Shown: positions 23,705 through 36,773 of the stretch, piece by piece
Position numbering within the stretch: position 1 is the stretch's first letter
Layout: each line of letters starts with the position of its first letter
Position numbers and translations under genes: made by a program
Notes under the pieces: generated by a model
Seen by the model: only the letters and a program-made list of their open reading frames with translations
Told to the model about the DNA's origin: nothing
Database searches by the model: none
Assembly (NCBI GenBank): GCA_965178125.1
Contig: OZ237760.1
Span: forward strand, 1-64,000
Origin: Bilabrum cf. latius
Lineage: Eukaryota
DNA: 64,000 nucleotides
Direction: 5' to 3'

Positions 23705-24577
23705 ATGGTATCTGATGGAAGCGAAGCCTTGATGTATGGCGTTATAAGCCCGACGTGCTTCGGATCACTGGTTGAGTAGCGGAATTTTGGCGACATTGAA
23801 TGTGCCAAAGCAGTTCTGTCGAAACTTGCCGGTTACGCAATCGTTTTCGGATCATGCGTGCTAGTCCTACCCACCATATTTAATGTTCTTTCAAGCAAGG
23901 GGACTGCTGGCTTGAAGGGCATGAGCGAGTCCGGGAAGTTGCTTCAGACGATCGGGTACTCTTGGGCCTTCGCCTACAACATGATCCAGGGGCATAGCTT
24001 GTCCACGTATGGGGAATCGATAATTCTGTACGCCCAGCACATATTGCTGCTAGCAGCCCTTCTCTACGTGGATCGCAAGAATCGCGCCGCACGAGCGGTC
24101 ACAGCGATCCTCGGTGTAGGCATCGGGTTGGCGTTGCCGTGGGTGGCACTCGAAGTCATGGGGGGTTCATCGGCTGCCGTTCTCCAAAGCGTGGTTGATC
24201 AGTCAGGGTCGGGGTCAGTTGAGGTGTCCGCGACCGTGCAGAGCCTCCTGATAGTGCTGTTCTGGTCCCAGTTTGCGCTTTTCTTGTCTAGCAAGCTTGC
24301 CCAGGCATACGCTGCCCTGGCTGCGCTCTCAACGGGCGCAGAGAGCGGATTTGGGCTGCTCCTACAGGCGGGCGGGTCTTCTGTACGGCTTCTGACGACT
24401 TTGCAGGAGGTGAAGGACGTGTCGGTGCTGATCAACAACGGGCTCATGGGAGGCATCAACGTGTTCCTCTTCGGCTTGTACGTCCTATTCGAGATCCTGG
24501 GATTTGGCAAGAGCAGTGGCAAGTAGTCAACCGGCGCATAGGTGGAACAGGGCAAGGGGTCTTTAAAGGCTGAATGA
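23705..24577 (+). CDS. MPDU1: Mannose-P-dolichol utilization defect 1 (MPDU1/Lec35)-like PQ-loop membrane protein, about 290 aa
   Basis: CFGSLVE*RNFGDIECAKAVLSKLAGYAIVFGSCVLVLPTI, STYGE, STGAES and VRLLTTLQEVKD match the MPDU1 pattern. TAG at 23777, 24524 and 24539; TGA at 24575. Confidence 0.82.
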
Positions 24578-25071
24578 GGGCGATTCGCCGGCACTGGCAG
24601 AACAGCCTTTATCGGGAGTAGGCGACATCATGATGTGTGGCAATGTTGCACGTTTCGTCAGCTTGTTTGGATGGTCTCCCTGCTTGTTTGCTCAACAAGC
24701 TACTACTCGCTACGTTGTCATCGGCGATCTTGCATCTATCGACTTCCGCCGCCACTTCGGAAGTTCCGGAAGCTCACCGAGGCTGCCAGTGACTGCGACG
24801 GTGTGACGATGCCAGCCGCTCCAGAACCACCACCATTTAAATGCCAGTCTGCAAGCAGTTACACGCACCGACACGCCTTGTAATGAACTATCGCGCCTCT
24901 AGCCGGGTTCAAGGCATGATTCGCGCTGGAAAATCAAGGCTTTAGGCTAGGTCTCGCCTGGCCTGGAGCATGGGGCAACCGAGATTCCGGGCAAGACATG
25001 TCGTCTCGTCTGCATCTTGGAGCCCGTCCCACACCGGCGGCACCAGCGACAAGGCTGCTGTAGGGATTCAA

Positions 25072-28000
25072 ATGAACCGCTTTGTTTTAAATACATTTGG
25101 ACCACGCGCTGCATCACGCTTATTCCACGCAACGAGTGTCCCGTAGGAACAGTCAGCTGGATCTGGTGACGGCCCCTCTGCGCAAGTGCAGCCAACTGGA
25201 GTACCGCTTGCCGATCTTACTGTTGGCATCCCTAAGGAAAGCTTCCACGGGGAGCGCAGGGTGGCAGCCACTCCGGACACGATTAAGGCGCTGCGCAAGG
25301 CAGGCTACGGTAGAGTTGTAGTTGAAAAAGGGGCTGGAGTGCAGGCTTCCTTCCCTGATGAGCTCTACGAGGCAGCCGGTGCCATCATTGGAGATACCAA
25401 GACCGTGCTAAGTAGTGACGTGGTGCTCAAAATCAGGCCGCCTAGCATTCAGAAGGAGGTACCGATGCTTAAACCTGGCGGGACTCTCATTTCTTTCGTC
25501 TACCCTGCCCAGTCCTCCGAGCTCCTTGAGGCTCTCAAGGCACAGAAAATGACCGTGTTGGGTATGGTGAGTTACTGCGGTCGAGTGGCCCCGGTTGTGT
25601 TCGCCTGCAAGGGAACAAGTGTAGCATCTCGGAAGTGAAAGATACGTCCCATCTCCGCGTTCGTTCCCGCCCACCCATCGCAGGACTGCATCCCGAGGAC
25701 TAGTCGCGCTTAGACTTTCGATGCTCTGTCGTCAACTGCAAATATTGCGGGGTATCGGGCGGTGCTGGAGGCAGCTCACCACTTTGGCCGATTCCTCGGC
25801 GGGCAGATCACCGCAGCTGGAAGAGTGCCTCCCGCCAAAGTGATGGTGATCGGGGGAGGTGTGGCCGGTCTGGCCGCCATCCAGACGGCAAAGAACATGG
25901 GTGCGATCGTGAGGTGTTTCGACACGAGGCCCGAGGTGAGGGAGCAGGTGGAGAGCCTCGGCGGGCAGTTCCTGATGGTGGAGGGCGAGGCGGCGGACGA
26001 GTTCTACTCGGGGGCGGGGCAAGGGGGGTACGCCAAGCAGATGAGCCAGGCGTTCATTGACGCCGAGATGGAGCTGTTCCGGCAGCAGTGCAAGGACGTG
26101 GACATGGTGATCACCACGGCGCTGATCCCCGGCAAGAAGGCCCCCGTGCTCATCACCAAGGACATGGTCGAGAGCATGCGGCCGGGGAGCGTGGTCGTGG
26201 ACCTCGCCGCGGAGGCGGGGGGGAACGTGGAAACCACGCGCCCCGGGGAGGTGGCAGACCACAATGGCGTGACGTGCATCGGGTACACGGACCTGCCCTC
26301 GAGGCTGCCAGGACAGTCCTCTCGGCTGTACTCGAACAACATCACCAAGTTCCTGCTCTCGCTGCAGGGGGCCGACGACCAGGGCAAGAAGGCCAAGGAC
26401 AGGCTGCACTTTGACGAGGAGGACGAAGTCACGCGCGGGGCGCTGGTGCTGAGGGAGGGGCAGCTCAAGTGGCCCGCACCCCCGCCGCCCTCCATGGACA
26501 AAGTGGGCGCGCAGGCAGCCGCACCCGCCGCTGCGTCCTCCCCGGAGGAGGTGGTGCTGGACCCCGAGGCAGAGCTTAGGAAGGAGACCATCCGGTATGC
26601 CACGGCCGCAGCTGCTGGAACGGGCCTGCTCTACATGGCAGGGGCTGGTGCAACTGACCCTCAGACTCTGGCTCTGCTAGCCAGCTTCTCTCTCGCGGGT
26701 GTAGCGGGCTACCAGGCTGTGCGCGGCGTGACGCACTCGCTGCACTCCCCGCTGCTGTCCGTGACAAATGCCATCAGCGGCCTGTCCGCTGTGGGCGGCC
26801 TCTGCCTGCTGGGCGGCGGGGTGCTCCCGCACACGCCTGGGCAAGCCCTCGCGGCGCTGGCCGTGGCGGTGAGCGCGGTGAACATCACCGGCGGATTCGT
26901 CAGCACGCAGCGCATGCTGGACATGTTCCAGCGGAAGGGGGACCCCCAGTCTCCCGATCACCTGTACGCCATTCCTGCCGCTGCTCTCGTGGGCCTGTAC
27001 GGCGCATCGCTGCTGGCGGGGATGCCGCTGGCTTCCCAGCACATGCTGCTGGTGGCCGGCCTGCTGTGCATCGGGGCCATTCGGAGCCTGGCCAGCCAGG
27101 AGACGGCCCGCCTCGGCAACGCCCTCGGCATGATTGGTGTGGGCACCGGAGTGCTGGCCACCGTGGGCGGGCTCCCGCTCGCCGCCAACCCCGGCTTGCT
27201 GCTGCAGGCGACTGCGCTGCTTGGTGCCGGCGGGGCCGCGGGCTACGGGATTGCCCGCCGCATGGACGTGATGGAGCTGCCCCAGCTAGTGGCGGGGTTC
27301 CACTCGCTCGTGGGCATGGCTGCTGCCGCCACCTCCATTGCGGCCTACATGGAGCACGGCGCGGGCGCGCATGCGGTGGCGGACGCGGCGGCAGCGGCGG
27401 CGGATGCAGCCACGCAAGCCGCAGATGCAGCAGAGGCGGTGATTGCTTCGACGAGCGCCTCCGAGCCGATGGATCTGGGCCACCGCATCATGAGCTACGC
27501 AGGCCTGGCCACCGGGGCGGCCACTGCCACGGGGTCCGTGGTGGCCTTCGGCAAGCTCCGCGGCAACATCAGCGGGGCGCGCTGGGCTCCGTCGTACGCG
27601 CGCACGCTGAATGCAGCCGCCCTCGGTGTCACGGGGCTGGCGGGGATCGCGTTCATGGCTGGTGCCGCTGGCCCTGCGGCGGGCCTGGGTCTGCTCGGCG
27701 TGGGGCTGCTGGGCAGCAGCTACCTGGGCGCGTCCATCACCATGGGGGTGGGCGGCGCTGATGCACCGGTGGCACTCACTGTGTTGAACAGCGCGTCTGG
27801 GTGGGCGCTCGCAGCCGAGGGCTTCTTGCTGGACAACACGCTGCTGACCGTGTCCGGCTCGCTCATTGGCTTCTCCGGTGCGATCCTGACCCAGATCATG
27901 TGCGAGGCAATGAATAAGAGCGTGGGCGAGGTGATCCTGCCCCCGCCTCCCAAGCAGGGCAGCGGGGGAGCGACTGCAGGGGCCCCTGCAGAGCAGAGGG

Positions 28001-28536
28001 AGGCCATCTAGGTGGACGCGGCGGCGGTGGCAGACATCCTCATGCAGGCAGAGAAGGTGCTGGTCGTGCCAGGGTACGGGCTGGCAGTCGCGAGGGCGCA
28101 GTACGCGATGGCTGACCTGCAGGCGATGCTGGCCAAGGCGGGCAAGGAGGTCATCTTTGGGGTGCACCCGGTGGCAGGTCGCATGCCGGGGCAGCTGAAC
28201 GTGCTGCTGGCCGAGGCCGGTGTGCCGTACGATGTGGTGCAGGAGATGGACGAAGTCAACGAGGAGATGGACGAGTACGACGTGGCCATCGTGGTAGGCG
28301 CCAATGACACGGTCAACAGCGCCGCGGAGGAGGACCCGAACTCTGGGCTGGCAGGCATGCCCGTGATCCGCGTGTGGCAGGCCAAGCAGAGCATCGTCAT
28401 GAAGCGGTCGCTGGGGACCGGGTACGCTGCCGTGGACAACCCCGTGTTCTTCAAGGAGAACAACGCCATGTTCTTGGGAGACGCCAAGCAGTCCCTCGAG
28501 CAGCTGAGAGATCTCGTCAAGGAGAAGCTGGGCTAA
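25072..28536 (+). CDS. NNT: Mitochondrial NAD(P) transhydrogenase (dI-dII-dIII order), about 1115 aa; intron 25567-25683
   Basis: Presequence-like [126 protein letters not shown] at 25144, 25711 and 28009; TAA stop. Confidence 0.97.
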
Positions 28537-28782
28537 GCAAGCCTCGGGCTGGCGAGCGAGGGCAGGGTGCCGTGCTTGGCGAGACAAAATGGAGACTAGG
28601 GCCGTGGCACAGCACCTTTGGATGCAGGAGAAGGAAATGTGAGCGAAGTAGACCATAATAATATCAAATTTTGAACTTAATTTTCGCGCCCAACTCAATA
28701 TATGCAAACTCACCGGTGTTTTGCCTAAGTCATCCATTGATCGATCCACGCCTCGTCCTGTCCCCTTGCAACTTCCTTCCGT

Positions 28783-29859
28783 TCACTTCTCGTAAGGAGT
28801 CTTGTCCAGGTCGTCAAAGTAAGGGTGCGCCATGGCGTCCTTGCAGGAGATGCGCTTGGCGGGGTCGTAGGTGAGCATCTTGCCGAGCAGGTCGTATCCC
28901 TGCTTGCACAGGCCGGGCACTGCCTTCTCGAGCGACTTGGCGGGCCACTTGGGGAAGCCCTCGGAGAAGTCCCTCAGGGAGGTCACGCCAGGCCATGTCT
29001 TCTCCGTAGGCGTGCCCAGGGTCCTGAAAATCTGGTACAGCTCGTCGATCTCGCTGTCCCCCGGCCAGAGCGGTCGCTTGGTGACCATCTCGGCGAAGAT
29101 CGTTCCTACGCTCCACATGTCCACGCCAGGCGCATACGCCTTCTGGCCGAGGAGAATCTCAGGTGCACGGTACCACAGAGTAACAACCTCGTGCGTGTAC
29201 TGCCTGATGGGAACCATGAATGCCCTAGCAAGCCCGAAATCTGCAATCTTGAGCGAGCCGTACCTGTCCACTAGAAGGTTTTGCGGCTTGAGATCGCGAT
29301 GCATGATCCCTCTCCTGTGGCAATAGTCCATGCCTCGGAGTAGCTGATACAAGTAACTCTTGACGAGCTTCGTTGGCATCGGGCCAGACACAGTGTCGGT
29401 GTACTTCTTGAGGTCCTTGTCCATCCACTCGAACACCAAGTACAGCCTGCCCTTCGAATACTCGACGTCCTTTAGCCTGCGTCCACAGAAGCTTAAATAG
29501 GATACGCAAAAAGTGCAGTAAATCAAGCACCCAATTATCACGCGAGAGAAGGTAGCCGCCCCACTGGCGCGAGCAAGCTCAAACGTCCCAACGGTAGCGA
29601 AACCAGGTTGACCGATGAGACCCAATCAGCCCTTTCTTGATTCTCACTTCACAATGTTAGGATCATCAAGTTCCCGCAACAAAGAAATCTCGCGCAGGGC
29701 GGTCGAAGGAATGCCTTCATCCCCCTCGACTTCCAACTTGATTTTCTTCATTGCGACATAGTCTCCAGTCGCCTTCTCCTTCGCCTTGTAGACGACGCCA
29801 TAGGTACCCTCGCCAACCACAGGCTTCTCTACCTTTTGGTACTTAGTTGCGATGCTCAT
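28783..29859 (-). CDS. Cyclin-dependent kinase, CDK1/CDKA type with PSTALRE helix, about 301 aa; intron 29477-29647
   Basis: [53 protein letters not shown] and GDSEID. A GT-AG intron restores the frame. TGA stop; no TAG codons. Confidence 0.97.
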
Positions 29860-29914
29860 GGTTGCTAGAGTCGCGTCTGCGGTCTGATACTTGAATGCAA
29901 ACGGGCGGTGCTCA

Positions 29915-29926
29915 TTCGCGCGCCAA
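29915..29926. promoter_or_regulatory. Candidate E2F-like element (TTCGCGCGCCAA) upstream of the CDK start
   Basis: Near-palindromic TTCGCGC/GCGCCAA about 56 bp upstream of the CDK ATG, with a second CGCGCGCAAT near 29950. Motif resemblance only. Confidence 0.3.
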
Positions 29927-30179
29927 TCCTTTGCGGAACCGCCCGGGCCGCGCGCGCAATTCGAAGGTTCACGAAGCAAAGCACCACTGACTCACCAGTT
30001 TCAGCAACTCACTGTGCTTTCACTGTTGTATTTGTATCTGAAGTGCAGCCATACACTATTATATAGGTTGTAGTCCCAACGCTAGCTGTGATTGCGGCTA
30101 GACTGTCTCTCGATTGTGATCTAGTGCCCTGCCAGCAGTTCCAAAGCTGGCCAAAACATCTGCTTGAGGCCAGCTGCGT

Positions 30180-33100
30180 ATGGCGTTGGCTTCGCCAAAG
30201 GATGAAGAACCAGCAGGTTTTAGTGTAAGCTAGCGTCCGGTTGACCAAGACATGGTGGGGTCTGGGAGGGCTGCCCATGGAAGTGCAGCGTCCAGCGAAG
30301 GCTCTGCATTGCAGCAGTCGTCTCTATCCCTGATGGACCTAGCTGGGTTCTCAAACGAAGCCCACAGCTCCACCTTAGTTGATGTTCATCATAAGTTCGG
30401 GCCGTAGGGGGCGCGAGATGGCCCCAGCAACCAGCATGGTCGTGAATCCACCGACCAGGCAGGGCCGGTCGTGCGGCACTCCCGGGGTGCATAGACAGCA
30501 AGCCATGTCTAGCTGGACACGCAGCTGAGGTTGAAGCGAGCTGCATCCATACGGTGCGCCTCTCTTGGCCAAATGGACTCCCTTCGGATCGCGCAATCCG
30601 CATCAGGCGCCGATACTCCCGGACCGCCGCCCCACGAGTCTGAAGTGCCGCTGCCTGCAGGCGCCATGGACCTGGTGGCTGCTGGCACGCTGGCGGGGGC
30701 GGGCCGACCGGGGTATAGGGACGGGGAGCTGATGCATGCCCTATTTGATGAACCCGGGGATGCCTGTCTGCTGCCCGGAGGGGCCGTGCTGGTGGCGGAC
30801 ATGCGGAACAGCTGCCTGAGGGTGGTGCGCGTGGATCGCAGGGGAGCCGGGAACAGGAGTGCAAGGCCTAGATCGGGTCGGGGGGCCACTGCATTTCCCA
30901 GCAAACCAGGCCCCAACAGTGACAAGGACGGTAGCGGTGAAGGCACGGGCAACGTGTTCCCCGGGGAGGTGCTCACGCTGGACTCGTGCTCGCTACTGCG
31001 GCCGAGGGCACCCCTGATGATGGGCCCGAGCCGCATCGTGCTGGTGTGCGACAGCGGCCACCACAAGATTCGCATGCTGCAGCTGCAGGAGGATATCAGC
31101 TGGACGGACGGGGCTTCCCTTGCAGTACATGACTCGGTGCTGGCGGGGAGCGGTCGCAGGGGCCTCAGGGACGGGCCAGCCGACAGGGCAGAGTTTGACG
31201 CGCCCAGCGGGTTGTGTCTGCTTCCCGATGGCTCGATCCTCGTGTCTGACACTGGAAATCACTGCATCCGGAGAATTGCAGGGCGTGCAGGGCGCGGGGG
31301 GCTTTTTGTCAGCACGGTGGCGGGTGCTGCCCGGGGCGAAGAGAGCACCGAGCAAGAGAGCGTGGCTTCCGTGCAGCAACCAGCAGCTGCTGGAGAGCGG
31401 TAGCTGCCTTTGACGGACAGGTCGCAGCTGTTCCAGACGGCGGCAGAGCACTAGCACGAGAGCAAACCCACCGACGGCGGCCGCAGGAATCAGCGGTGGC
31501 GCGATGGCAACGGTTCGACTGCGCTGTTCCACCGCCCCGAGAGCATGGTCTATGACGCGGTGAGCGGCCTCGTGCTGGTCGCTGACGTGGGAAACAGCTG
31601 CGTGAGAGCAGTGCTGCCGCCCTCCACCAGCCAGCGGGGCACAACGATGGATTGTGTCGACCCAGCCGAATACGAGGTCACTACGGTGGCTGGCTGCCCT
31701 GGTCAGCCGGGGCACAGAGACGGACCGGGTCCTGCCGCCAGATTCGGCCGGCTGGGACAGCTGGCTTTGGCTGAGGATGGGTCCATCCTTGTGGCTGACA
31801 GCGGGGCAAGGTGCGTCCGAGGAATCGTTCAGTCGAGCCACAACGCATTCGGTGAGGTCAAGACCGTTGCTGGGGTCCCACACACCGGCCAAGACTCGAG
31901 GAAGGCAAGTATCAGGTACAAGGACGGAGCGGCGAGGCGAGCCAAGTTCGGCAAGCCGGCAGGACTGTGCGTGGTGCCTGCTTCGAACGGGTGCCTACTA
32001 GTGTCTGACGCCACGAACAACCACCTGCGCGTCCTCATCTCGAGGCAAGCGTCTCGGCGCCCACCGAGGGCAGTGGCGAGGAGCCTGCCCCCGACAGCAG
32101 ATCGCACCGAAGGCACTCAGATGCCCGCTCGGCAGAGTTCGGCCTCAGTTGTGGACTCGCTGCAGGCCATGGGAAGGGGAGCCGCGACGGGCAGTCACGC
32201 GGAGGGAAGCGCCATCCGTGCCTTGCTGGCAGGCCCGGGCTCGCCCGGGGGATTCGCTCTAGGTACGCTGTCCTTTCGTCGCGGTGGGGGATCTGGAGGC
32301 ACGGTTGGGCTGGGGTCGGGCTTTGCTGGCAGCATGAGGTAGATTGCGTTCGGTCTCCACGAAGACGAAGCTGGAATCGACCTTGTGAGTCGACTGCAGG
32401 CTTCCGTGCGAGCCCTAGGCACAAGTGCGGTTAGGACTACCAGCGGAGATGGAGTCCCCGGGGCTCAATAGAGGGCTCTTTCAGTCGCAGTGGACAAGGG
32501 GGAGCATGTGGCGCTTGTTAAGCACATCACAGACAAGCTCTGGTCCACATCAGCCCACGACTAGCATAGGCACCGGCCCGCCGAAGGCCCGCACCGAGGT
32601 GCACCCGCAGCAATGCAGAGTGCCCCAGTGCTGGATCATCTGGGTATCGCTGTGAGGGGCTCGCTGGGGCTACCGGGCCAACCTCGCGTTCTTATGTCGA
32701 GCCACGTGCGGCGAACTGCGGTGCGAAAGTCGGCAGCATAGCCAGGCACGCATAGCACGGGCAGCCAGGCCAACTCGCGGCCGAGAGGTAGCGCCACGAA
32801 AGCAAAGAATTCATCGGCAGCAACAGGTGGATCTCCTTTCAGGGAGCGGCCAGCAAAGCCACTTGCATCCGCACTGCTCGCACACCAAGTAGCTGCCGCC
32901 CATGCATCGCGGGAAAGCCCAGCCATAGCTTTTGGCAAGACCCTACCAGCGGGCTCGCAGCTCACTTCGCCACGCACCGGGCACGAGGCAGGCGGAACTC
33001 CTGACAAAACCAAGGCGCTTGCCATGAACCGTGCTCGAGACTCGCGAGCCTCACATTCACGAGCGGGGGAGCGTGGCTCCAGGGCACTTGCTCGCGAGTT

Positions 33101-35027
33101 TGTACGAGCAAACTCGCCCGAGTCACGCGCCATCCGCTAGGCCCAGCAGCACGCCGCCACGGTCGACGACTCAGAGAAGCAGAGACCAGTCTCGCAGAGC
33201 TCAGAGCATGCGCTCGCCCAGGATGCCCCGGCAGGCAGTGAAGAAGCTGGGAAAGGCTCGCCAAAGCCGGCCTCAAGTCCTAAAGTAGCTTTCGTTCACC
33301 CCAGCGTTCGTGGCATGCCGGGTGATGATGCGGTGTAGCGGACGAGAACTGCCATGCGCGCGCTAGCAACAAGTAGCCTCGGTCACGAGGACAGTGGACC
33401 AGGGCGGGAGAAGCTGCGTGATTCCTCTCTCGACGAGTAGGACGAGGAGCAGGCTGAAGCCCCGTTCCATGCTCCCAAGGAGTCGCTGCCTGGCAATGAT
33501 TGCGTGTCGAAAGTAATCGAGGACGCCATCACATTCGTGTTGGAGCAGGCCGGGGACGAGCCGTCCCAATCCGACCGCGACCGGGCCGAAGGGCTGCACC
33601 AGCGCCTGCACTAGCGCCTCCTCGCCCTCAACCTTGACGTTGGTATCGGGTCAGAGGCGGCAGTATTATTGAGCAGCTGCTCGTTGCTGGACATGGTCGA
33701 ACGTGCAGACGGAAGATAGCTCGAGTCAGGGAAGCGCAAGGTGCCCAGCATCAGCGACGTCACCCGCATCTTGAGGAGGGCCGCTCAGCTGGACGAGCAG
33801 GCTAGGCTCGGCAAGGACTCCCGCGCGGCCTCTACGGCACAGCCAACCGACGCTAAGCCGCCTGTTGGACCTCGCCTTGCCGGTAATGGTCCACGTGCCG
33901 CGACGCGGCACTCGCATGCCAAGGCCCCCCAGTCGGCGCGGGGTTCGGCTTCGGCGGAGTCCTCCGAGCTATCGTGGTCGCTGGCCTCGGATGCGGCCGA
34001 CGTTGCAGCGCAGGACACGACAAAGCCTGCGTCTGGACTCCCGCGATACCAGCAGCCCACGGTGGCAGCCGTGCAGAGGGCCCGCAGCTCGGGGATCCGG
34101 TTGCGGCCGGACAGCCTGAGCTACGGTTGGAGGGCGCGGCACCGGGGCACGGCCTCGTGGGTAGAGGCATCGGAGAAGGAGGCGCGAAAGACGGGCAATC
34201 CTGTGGGGAAGCAGTATTCAAATGGAGTCTCTGGCATGACGCCTGAGGCGGTGCACAGGTTGGCGGTGCAGCGTCTTGAGGGCACGCGAGGCCCGGGCGG
34301 TCGGACGCTGCCAGACACCAAGTCTGCGTATGCGCAGCTTGGTGCATCGGGACATTTGATGACGCGGCGAAGCGTAGAGGTGCAGTAGGGCACTCTCCGA
34401 GGGAGCAGTTCAGCCCTGGTGCAGCTACCCAGCCGTCATGATCATAGCAGCGGGACTGGAGGCATGCGTGCATCGGCTCGTGCAAGCCATGGTGGCCCGT
34501 AGCTGCTGAGCCCTTCAAATCGTGTGGGTCTAGATAGTGTGACCGTCCGCGCGGGCGGCATATCGCCTACGCATGTGCCTATCGACCACCCGCGTGACGC
34601 ATGGATCAAGCAAGCCCCCCTGGACCTCGAGGTGGCCACGACACCAGCTTTTGCCACACAGCGGGGTGGAGGGCACGTGGGCATCGAGACTTTCGTGGAG
34701 CACGCTGCACGCTAGCCGGCCTACGCCAGCGGGAGAGGCGAGATTCGATCGGCACCTCCTGCTGTAGACGAGATCCATACGCGGCGGCATTTCGTGCAGA
34801 GCCACGCAGCGGTGCAGGCCTACCACCCGGCGATGCAGCTGAGGCCGCACGAGGCCGACATGAGGCGGGCTGTAGCGGGGGCCGCATCCAGCGCAGTGCT
34901 GGGTCGGTCAGGACGCGCTTCGCCCCTGCGGCAGGTGCAGAGCCTGCCCGCCTACTCTGTGCCCTCGCCGACCAAGGCGGTCGGTGAAACGGCACAGGGT
35001 GGAAGGAGGGTGCGGTTCGCGCCGTGA
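30180..35027 (+). CDS. NHL-repeat (beta-propeller) protein with long disordered C-terminus, about 1615 aa
   Basis: Repeats such as GYRDG..HALFDEP, VLVADMRNSCLR, GLRDGPADRAEFDAPSGL..DGSILVSDTGNHCIRRI and GHRDGPGPAARF. One frame with about 18 TAG; TGA stop. Confidence 0.82.
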
Positions 35028-35105
35028 GGCAATAGCAGGGGAGACTGGGCGTACAGAGCTTATTGTTGAAAATCAAAATTGTTGTTGCACTGTTGTGTAC
35101 ATAAA

Positions 35106-36616
35106 TTAGCTATTTTGTTGCTGTGCACTGTCAATCTCTGCACCTCCGGATGTCGCCTCAGCCAGCAGCTGCCCGCCGACGAGACCAGCGAGCACGAAGA
35201 GCCCCAGCCACTGATTGCTCACGAACCGGCTCGTGAGGTTCATCCGATCGCCCAGATCGGCCGAGTGCACCTGCCACAGTGCGTGTGTCGTGGCCCCGGC
35301 CGCAGCGAGGTAGGCCGGCCATGCTGCTCCCGTGAGAGTTGCTGTCCCTGCCAGTCCGGCGCCGAAGGCAAGGCTGAAGCCTGTCAGCACCGGCTTGGTG
35401 CGATCAGGACCAAGCAGCAGCGCAGTGGACTTGAGGCCCAGCTTGGAGTCGTCCTCCGTGTCCTGATGCGCGTAGATGGTGTCGTATACCACGGTCCAGG
35501 CAGCCGCGCCGAGGTATGCGGGCACGCAGTGCACCAGCACGCTCGTGTCCACGGCTGCAGCTGCCTCCATGAACGGGTGCAAGCCCTCTTCCAGCAGCCT
35601 ACCGAGCGCCTCCAAGACCGTGAGCGGCTCCTGTCCGGTCGTGCCCCTCGCCCCCATGGCCACTGCGCCCATCATGAGGCCCCAATTCATTGCCAGACCC
35701 AACACGGCTTGCGGCCAGTGCGTGAATCGCTTGCACAGAGGATACACGACCACGAGAGGCACAGCACCGATTGCCCATGGCACCAGAGCAGCAGGCAAGG
35801 GGAGGAGAACGCTTGCCGCTGCGGCGAGCTGTGCGCCCAGGAAGGCGACGCCGGCGGGCACCGAGATCACGCCGGACGCGATGGGCCGCTGACTTGTGCG
35901 ACGGACTGCGCGATCGATGGAAGGTATAGGCGAGTCAACGGTGCGAGACGCCCATGAGGATACGCTCGGGGGGATGGATGGTGGCAAGGAGCGCCGCGAT
36001 CGTGGCTTACCCTTGCCGTCGATGTCCCTGTCCCATATGTCGTTGATCGTGCAGCCAGCACTTCTCATGAGGAACGCACCAGTGCCTGCAATACCAGCAT
36101 ATCGCTAACATACATGGCGGAAAATGGACTCCATTTTGGGAAAGAGAGGCTTCGGATAGAGGCAGGCTATTGCCGCGTGGCTCGCTGCTCACCAAACGCT
36201 GCCACGGGCAGCAGGCTGGGTAGGCTGCCAACCGGAGCAGCAAGTGTTAAGCCCCACAGTGCTGGGGCTAGGACGAGCCAAGTTCCAATAGGCCTGCATA
36301 GTCAGAAATGTGTGCCTGAAGCCTCTGGTGCTTGTGTGAAACTGCGACTCTGGCTGAGGCAAGTACGTCTTCTACCTTACCTATCAATGCGAATCAGTTT
36401 CAAGTATGGTTTTAGTGCTATTGGGGCGTTCCTATCAACCCAAGTGTCATTCTAGTCAGCATACAGAGCCTTGGCCGGCTGTGTGGCAAGTACTCTGCGC
36501 AACCGCAACTATCTGTGAATGTAGCCACCACCACACGGCAGGCGAACTGGGCAACGCAATAATATCCTACTCCTGCAGAGTACTGGCCGGCATCCCCGAG
36601 AGCCTATCATCCTCAT
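35106..36616 (-). CDS. COQ2: 4-hydroxybenzoate polyprenyltransferase (mitochondrial), about 403 aa; introns 35906-36010, 36086-36192, 36294-36380
   Basis: The spliced product reads PYLKLIRIDRPIGTWL...[38 protein letters not shown]...YPLCKRFTHWPQ...YDTIYAHQD..DD.K.GLKSTA. The Arg-rich N-terminal region contains 2 TAG. TAA stop. Confidence 0.93.
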
Positions 36617-36773
36617 GCCTAGTGCACTTAAACGCAGCACCGTAGTTGCAGTGCATGCCTATTGCTGCAATCGAGGCCGTGTACTACTAGTAATCACATC
36701 ACGAGCTCCAATTTCCAAAGGCAAATGCCCTCTGATACGCAAAACTGAAGCGGAAATAAAAGATCGTTCTCTA

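Noticed and set aside
27286-28749. Long antisense ORFs (also 39881-41590, 43171-44511, 56956-58407, 60359-62383)
   Set aside because: They are shadow ORFs opposite GC-rich genes with recognisable products and have no motifs of their own.
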